Assembly: GCA_040751795.1 (NCBI GenBank)
Contig: JBFMHR010000003.1
Coordinates: 289,597 to 353,596, forward strand
Reading direction: 5' to 3'
Origin: Thermoplasmatota archaeon
GTDB lineage: Archaea; Thermoplasmatota; Thermoplasmata; UBA10834
DNA length: 64,000 bases
Shown: one piece after another, positions 58,285 through 64,000 of the stretch
How the letters are laid out: every line of letters starts with the position of its first letter
Position numbering within the stretch: position 1 is the first letter of the stretch
Notes under the pieces: generated by a model
What the model saw: only the letters and a program-made list of their open reading frames with translations
Told to the model about the DNA's origin: nothing
Database searches by the model: none
Made by a program: the position numbers and the translations under genes

Positions 58285-60330
58285 CTAGGGCAGCCCCATC
58301 AGTTCGATGGTCGCCACCGACTTGATCTTCTCGGACCCGGTGAGCCACTCGCCCGTCAGCTTGAGCGGGTACTCGTCGTCCACCAGGAACTCCCAGTCGA
58401 GCATGAAGGCCACGACGAAGCTGTCGTTGTAGGCCACGTCCTCGATCGAGTATGTCTTGTAGTAGCCGTCGGAGGCGGTGACGTTCACGAGGTACCCCGT
58501 CTCAGCGAGCGTGTCGTTGAACTCGTAGTGGTACAGGTCATCGCCGTCGACCGCCGCGACCAGCACCCAGAGCGGTATGCCGGCGTAGGTGTGGTCGACC
58601 TCGAGGTCGTCCGTGAAGTTGTGGTACGCCGCGTGCCACCCGCCGTAGTCGGTGTAGTTGAACCACGGCCCGTGGAGGCCCGAGTAGTAGGTCGATGCGA
58701 ACGTCTCAGCGCTGATGGTCACCGTCTCGGTCCCTATGACGGTCAGCTCCCAGTCGGGGACCGCCTGCAGCCCCTCCAGGGATATGTTCACGACCTGGCT
58801 GACCTTCATGCTGCCGGAGAGCCAGTCGCCAACGATCCTCAGGGGCCACTCCTCGTCCGGGAGGGGCTCGCCGTCGAGCTTGTTGGCGACTATGATCGAG
58901 TCGTTCCTGGCGACCTGCATCGAGGTGAAGACCTTGTTGTACCCGTCCTCCGCGGTCACCCTCACGCTGTAGCCGGCGAACGCCAGCAGGTCGTTGAACA
59001 GGTACTCGGTGTCGGGCCCGTCGGCGCCGTCGACGGCGGACACGAGGGTCCAGAGCGCGACGCCGGTGTAGGTGTGCGTCCCGGTCTCGTTCTCGAAGGA
59101 CCAGCTGAGCGCGTGGTAGTCGCACGAGGCGACCGACTCGAAGGTCGGCCTGTCCATCTCGTAGGACGTCGTGCCGTTGATCTCGAGGACGTACTCCTTC
59201 ACGGGGGACAGGACGTTGACCGTCCTGACGTACTTCGCCCAGAAGTGCCCGTCGGTGATGGGGGCGCTTTCGTCGATGATGGCTATGCGCAGGACCATGT
59301 CTACCAGGGGCAATCCGTCCTGCGCATAGGCCACGACCATCGTGAAGTCATCCGTGCCGAGGGAGGTCCCCGCGGGGTCGTAGTACTCGAAGGTCCCGTT
59401 CTCGGCCTGGGAGTTGGAGTAGGTCATCGTGTAGCCGTCCGTGGCCACGACCTCGACCGAGTAGTCGTCCCCAGCGTACACCAGGTCGACGAGGTCCCTG
59501 AGGGCCACGCCGGTGAACTCGAAGGGGCCCTCGACCGTGCCTGTCGACTTGATGAAGCTGCCCTCGGAGGTCACGGTGTCCATGCTCTGGAGGTCGTACA
59601 TGGTCAGGTCGACCGTGGTCGCCCCCGCGACCGTGAGCACGACCTCGTGCTCCTCGAGCACGCCTATGGTTATGTTCGCGACCGTCTTGACCCAGAGCGA
59701 GCCAGCGGACGTCTGCATCTCGAACTCCGGCCCCTCGGGAGCGGTCGCGTTGAAGTCGTCGTTGCTGAACGCCTCGTCCGGGGCGAGGACCGCTATCATG
59801 GGCCAGTCCTCCACGGACATGAGGCTGCCGTTGAACTCGTATGCGAGGACGATCTGCCCCTGGACCGCGAGGTACTCGGTGCTCGCGTAGACCTGCTCGT
59901 ATGAGAGGTTCACGCAGTACCCGTCGGACGCGGTCACGGTCATCACGTCGCCCTCGGCCATCCCGCCGACGAGGTCCGCGATGTCCCGCAGCTCGACCCC
60001 GCCGTAGGTCCCGAGGCCCTTCCAGTTGTTGAACCTGTTCTGGTAGGAGGAGATGCCCTCGACGAAGTCCATTTCCTCGAGCGCCGCGAGGTCCACGGTC
60101 TCATCCTCCCCGCCCTTCCCCGTCAATGCGACGGAGAGGTCCGCGCCCTCGTCCTCCTCCTGGTTCAGGATGAAGTACCCCATGGGCACTGCGACCAGCA
60201 AAATCACCACGGCCGCCACGGCGGCCATCTTCATGGTGGGCGAGATCCCTGCCTTCTTAGGCGGGCTGACGCCCTCAGACCCGGTCTCCTGCTGTGAATC
60301 CGCACTCGTCCTCTCGGAGTCGCCACTCAT
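58285..60330 (-). CDS. Membrane-anchored extracellular protein with four tandem Moco-binding-like (SO/MsrP-fold) repeats
   Basis: N-terminal TM; four repeats of G(V/I)xL...A(S/T/E)DGY...(P)L(R/K)...V/IK.V. Confidence 0.78.
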   Translation of the reverse strand: MSGDSERTSADSQQETGSEGVSPPKKAGISPTMKMAAVAAVVILLVAVPMGYFILNQEEDEGADLSVALTGKGGEDETVDLAALEEMDFVEGISSYQNRFNNWKGLGTYGGVELRDIADLVGGMAEGDVMTVTASDGYCVNLSYEQVYASTEYLAVQGQIVLAYEFNGSLMSVEDWPMIAVLAPDEAFSNDDFNATAPEGPEFEMQTSAGSLWVKTVANITIGVLEEHEVVLTVAGATTVDLTMYDLQSMDTVTSEGSFIKSTGTVEGPFEFTGVALRDLVDLVYAGDDYSVEVVATDGYTMTYSNSQAENGTFEYYDPAGTSLGTDDFTMVVAYAQDGLPLVDMVLRIAIIDESAPITDGHFWAKYVRTVNVLSPVKEYVLEINGTTSYEMDRPTFESVASCDYHALSWSFENETGTHTYTGVALWTLVSAVDGADGPDTEYLFNDLLAFAGYSVRVTAEDGYNKVFTSMQVARNDSIIVANKLDGEPLPDEEWPLRIVGDWLSGSMKVSQVVNISLEGLQAVPDWELTVIGTETVTISAETFASTYYSGLHGPWFNYTDYGGWHAAYHNFTDDLEVDHTYAGIPLWVLVAAVDGDDLYHYEFNDTLAETGYLVNVTASDGYYKTYSIEDVAYNDSFVVAFMLDWEFLVDDEYPLKLTGEWLTGSEKIKSVATIELMGLP

Positions 60331-60467
60331 CGTATCCCAGCTCCTATATGCTCATTGAAGCATAACGCTGATGCCTAGCCCTGATATATAGATGTCGTCC
60401 GGCCGCCGGGCTCGGTCGAGGGCATGGTTGAAATCCTGGTCTGGCGTTCAGCTCTCGGGATGTCAGA

Positions 60468-61142
60468 ATGCAGATGCCCAAGGTCGTGGTTCACTCCGAG
60501 GTCAGCGCGGACGGGCGGATAGACTGGTTCAAGGCGCACGAGGACCTCTACTACGGCCTTCTCCCGACGTGGAACGAGGACGCGGCCCTCACAGGGATAG
60601 AGACACTCTTCGACCCGAGGACGGGCGTCACGAGGGAGGAGGGGCCCGTCAAGCCGCACGTGGTCGCCCCCGACGACAGGAGGCCTCTGCTGGTGGTCAC
60701 GGACAGCAAGGGCAGGGGGTACAACTGGCAGTTCTTCAGGGATTGGCCGTTCATCAGGGACGTCGTCGTCCTGGTCTCCTCGAGGACGTCCGAGAGCTAC
60801 ATACGGTACCTCGAGGAGAGGCACGTGGACCACATCGTGAAGGGTGAGGACAGGGTCGACCTCAGGGGGGCACTCCTCGAGCTGAACAGGCGCTACGGGG
60901 TCAGGACCGTGAGGACGGACAGCGGCGGGAGCCTCAACGGGGCCCTCCTCAGGGCGGGGCTGGTCGACGAGTTGAGCCTGCTCGTCGCCCCCTCCCTGGT
61001 GGGCGGGCTCTCCCCGAGGTCCTTCTTCAGGGCCCCGGACCTCGAGTCTCCCGAGGGGGTCATAGGGCTGGAGCTCTTCCACATGGAGAAGCTCAAGCAC
61101 GACGTGGTGTGGCTGAGGTACAGGGTGCTACACGGTCGATGA
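60468..61142 (+). CDS. RibD C-terminal/DHFR-family reductase
   Basis: VSADGRI, VVTDSKG, DSGGSLNGALLRAGLVDEL..AP. Confidence 0.85.
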   Translation: MQMPKVVVHSEVSADGRIDWFKAHEDLYYGLLPTWNEDAALTGIETLFDPRTGVTREEGPVKPHVVAPDDRRPLLVVTDSKGRGYNWQFFRDWPFIRDVVVLVSSRTSESYIRYLEERHVDHIVKGEDRVDLRGALLELNRRYGVRTVRTDSGGSLNGALLRAGLVDELSLLVAPSLVGGLSPRSFFRAPDLESPEGVIGLELFHMEKLKHDVVWLRYRVLHGR

Positions 61143-61224
61143 GCGGCTCGCCGGGCCGCCCCCGCAGGCACTGACGCAATCATAATGTAACCCCTCCCGC
61201 GTTCAAGGGAGGGGGGAGTCAGTA

Positions 61225-62247
61225 GTGCATTTCGGGAAACGCGTGCTAGCAGGGACCATAGTCTTGGTCATGGTCCTGGCGACGACGATGATGTCCATTT
61301 CCGCGCTCGGAGCGCGGGCGAGTTATGACTACTATCTGACGGGGGACGGGGCGGACGTCACGACGGATGTGACGCCCTGCCTCCTGCTAGCGGGTGGGAG
61401 CACCGACGTCGATGAGGCCATGAGGTGGATGATCGAGATGTCCGGAGGCGGGGACTTCGTGGTCATCCGATGCTCCGGGGAGGACGGCTACAACGACTGG
61501 TTGTACACGGACATCGGCGGCGTCGACTCGGTCGAGACCATCGTCTTCAACACTGAAGAGGCGTGCACGGACCAGTTCGTCCTCGACACGATCATGAACG
61601 CGGAGGCGCTGTTCATCGCGGGCGGGAACCAGTGGAACTATGTCAGCATGTGGAAGGGGACCCCGGTGGAGGACGCGATACACCATGTCAGGGACAAGGG
61701 GGCGCCGATCGGTGGGACGAGCGCCGGGCTCGCAGTGCTCGGCGAGTTCGCATACGCCGCGCAGAAGGGTTCGGTCGACTCCGTGGCCGCCCTCAGGGAC
61801 CCGTACACCCCGCGCGTGACGCTCTCGCAGGACTTCCTCGAGATGCCGAACATGGATGAGACGATAACGGACAGCCACTTCGCGGCCAGGGACAGGATGG
61901 GCAGGCTGGTGGCGTTCCTCGCGCGGATAGTCCAGGACGGATGGTCCACCGAGGCGTCCGGGATCGGGATCGACGAGGAGACGGCGCTCGGGGTCGAGAT
62001 GGACGGCACAGTCACGCTGTTCAGCTGGCAGCCGACCGGCTCGGCCTACTTCCTGCGCACGCCGGGCCCGCCCGAGGTCTGCCAGCCCAGGACTGAGTTG
62101 ACCTACACGGGCATCTCGGTCTACAGGATGTCCGGTGACGCGACCTTCAACATCGTGACCTGGGAGGGCGTCGGCGGGACCGAGTACACGCTGTCCGCGG
62201 TGGACGGGGTGCTGACCTCGGACCAGGCCGATGGCAGCATATACTGA
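61225..62247 (+). CDS. Secreted cyanophycinase-like S51 peptidase
   Basis: Signal peptide; LAGG, FIAGGNQ, GGTSAG (Ser), DSHFAARDRMGRL (His), GIDEETA (Glu). Confidence 0.85.
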   Translation: MHFGKRVLAGTIVLVMVLATTMMSISALGARASYDYYLTGDGADVTTDVTPCLLLAGGSTDVDEAMRWMIEMSGGGDFVVIRCSGEDGYNDWLYTDIGGVDSVETIVFNTEEACTDQFVLDTIMNAEALFIAGGNQWNYVSMWKGTPVEDAIHHVRDKGAPIGGTSAGLAVLGEFAYAAQKGSVDSVAALRDPYTPRVTLSQDFLEMPNMDETITDSHFAARDRMGRLVAFLARIVQDGWSTEASGIGIDEETALGVEMDGTVTLFSWQPTGSAYFLRTPGPPEVCQPRTELTYTGISVYRMSGDATFNIVTWEGVGGTEYTLSAVDGVLTSDQADGSIY

Positions 62248-62413
62248 CGCGCTGGTCCGGGGCGCGACCAAACCCCTTGTGCATTCACTGAGATCACGGC
62301 GCTAGCCGCGCGAGTGTGGGCCATGAGGCCTCGAGTCCGCTCGAACCAGACACCCGCCTCCGGCAACCTTTTTCACTGCGTCATTCATACCATACGCCGA
62401 TGCCCCCGGCCAC

Positions 62414-63787
62414 GTGCGTCGCAGGTCGGCTGCCATCGACGGAGACATAGATACGACGAACTGGAGGTTGAAGGGCCCCAGGATAGTGGTGGACCCCCCT
62501 GGGCCCAAGTCCAGGGCCGCTATGAAGAGGAAGGAACGGTACGTGACCGTCGGCCTCGGGGTCAGCCACCCTGTGGCTATAGACGTCGCGGAGGGCCCCT
62601 TCCTCCGGGACGTCGACGGGAACGTCTACCTGGACTTCACCGTCGGCCTGGGCGCGCTCAACTGCGGACACAGGCCGAGGGAGGTGCTGGACGCGTGGAA
62701 GCGCCAGATCGACAGGTTCGACCACATCAGCGCTCTGGTGTCGATGTACGAGCCGTACATCCAGCTGGCGGAGGAGCTGTCGCGGATCTGCCCGGGCAAC
62801 ATGGGGAAGAGCTTGATCATGAACAGCGGCTCTGAGGCCATCGAGAACGCCGTGAAGATCGCCAGGGCATACAACAAGAAGAGGTGGCTCCTGTCCTACG
62901 CCACCGGCTACCACGGCAGGACATACCTCGGGATATCCCTCATGGACAAGGGGAAGCTGTACCGCAGAGGTTTCGGGAGCGTCCTGCCTGACGTGAGGCT
63001 GGTGGACTTCGCGTACTGCTACAGGTGCCACCTGGGGCTCGAGTACCCCTCTTGCGGCCTCGCCTGCGCGGACCTCATCGAGAAGGCGGTGAGGTCCCGC
63101 GAGCTGAAGGACGACGTCTGCTGCCTGATCATGGAGCCGGTCGAGGGGGCCGGCGGTTTCATCAACCCCCCGCCAGGGTATTGGGAGCGGATCGGGCAGA
63201 TATGCGGCGACAACGGGATTCTGCTCATCGACGACGAGATCCAGACCGGCTTCGGCAGGACGGGCAAGCTCTTCGCGATAGAGCACTGGAAGGTCGAGCC
63301 GGACCTCGTCGTCACCGGCAAGTCGCTGTCCATGGGGCTGCCCATAGGGGCGGTCACCGGGAGGGCCGAGGTCATGGACGCGCCGGCCGCTTCCAGCCTG
63401 GGCGGGACCTATGGCGGGAACCCGATCTGCTGCGCGGGCGCCCTGGAGGCCATCAAGCTGGCCGAGCGCGCGCTCCCGAACGTGAGGATGGTCCACAGGG
63501 TCGAGGCTAGGCGTCTCAACGAGTGGAAGGAACAGTACGGGTCGGTCGGCGACGCGAGGGGCCTGGGGGCCATGATGGGCATCGAGCTGGTCAGGACGAA
63601 GGGCGGAAAGGCGCCCGACCCTCAGCTGGCCAAGGCCATTCAGCTCAACTGCTTCCGGAAGGGGCTGTACATCTCATCAGGCGGGTACTTCGGCAACGTC
63701 TCGAGGCTGCATCCACCGCTCACGATAACGAAGCCCCTCCTGGAGACGGGCCTCGACATCATGGAGGGTGCGCTCGAAGAAGCGTGA
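62414..63787 (+). CDS. Class III PLP aminotransferase, second GabT-like paralog (start uncertain)
   Basis: PPGPKS, NSGSEAIEN, YHGRT, DEIQTGFGRTG, TGKSL, GGTYGGNP. Confidence 0.88.
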   Translation: MRRRSAAIDGDIDTTNWRLKGPRIVVDPPGPKSRAAMKRKERYVTVGLGVSHPVAIDVAEGPFLRDVDGNVYLDFTVGLGALNCGHRPREVLDAWKRQIDRFDHISALVSMYEPYIQLAEELSRICPGNMGKSLIMNSGSEAIENAVKIARAYNKKRWLLSYATGYHGRTYLGISLMDKGKLYRRGFGSVLPDVRLVDFAYCYRCHLGLEYPSCGLACADLIEKAVRSRELKDDVCCLIMEPVEGAGGFINPPPGYWERIGQICGDNGILLIDDEIQTGFGRTGKLFAIEHWKVEPDLVVTGKSLSMGLPIGAVTGRAEVMDAPAASSLGGTYGGNPICCAGALEAIKLAERALPNVRMVHRVEARRLNEWKEQYGSVGDARGLGAMMGIELVRTKGGKAPDPQLAKAIQLNCFRKGLYISSGGYFGNVSRLHPPLTITKPLLETGLDIMEGALEEA

Positions 63788-64000
63788 GCGTGGACCGGGC
63801 GAGCATTGGACTCGCTCGAGCCAGACGTTCATGAAATCGGTTCAACTAGAAAGAGAATGCACCAGAGCGTTCGCAAACCTCTATGTGAAGAGGCCCTCGC
63901 GCCTCTTCCAAATCACTTTCCTTCTTCTTTTCTCTTCTGCCTCCTATCAGCGATTCTCATCTCGTTCGCGGGTTGGGGAGTTTAGCGGACAAACCTCTAT

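Noticed and set aside
1-64000. CRISPR arrays, rRNA genes, transposases, integrases
   Set aside because: No regularly spaced repeats or such motifs seen by eye; repeats in the giant gene are protein-domain repeats.
63790-64000. Lower-GC tail, possibly the edge of another island
   Set aside because: Too short to support any call within this window.

Overview
GC-rich archaeal chromosomal window, most likely from a Thermoplasmata/Methanomassiliicoccales-related lineage. This assignment is inferred from the BHB-intron tRNAs, PAC2, eL41, TATA promoters and the style of the surface proteins. From left to right the window contains: the 5' part of hdrA; a hypB-F-C-A-D hydrogenase maturation cluster; a flotillin; a GNAT; a ~1.85 kb lower-GC islet carrying an AbiE-like toxin-antitoxin pair at the 3' end of tRNA-Trp, with a degenerate att repeat; a tRNA-Arg(UCU)/eL41/tRNA-Trp cluster, where tRNA-Arg has two BHB introns and the tRNA-Trp intron is a box C/D guide; PAC2; a class III aminotransferase; a BtuFCD-like transporter; CorA; a block of paralogous uncharacterised surface proteins flanked by a wHTH regulator and a wHTH-STAND-TPR protein; an RPH/PigC-like phosphotransferase; MscS; a 2421-aa surface protein fusing an oligopeptide-binding domain to a clostripain protease; an ABC-2 exporter; a non-pyrrolysine MttB; a five-gene ECF operon carrying six copies of a sulfite-oxidase-type Moco-binding-like domain plus a metallophosphoesterase; a RibD-C reductase; a secreted cyanophycinase; and a second class III aminotransferase. 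The best candidates for undescribed biology are the ECF/Moco-fold operon, the OppA-clostripain fusion and the two-intron tRNA-Arg. All family calls come from motif recognition by eye; no database searches were run.
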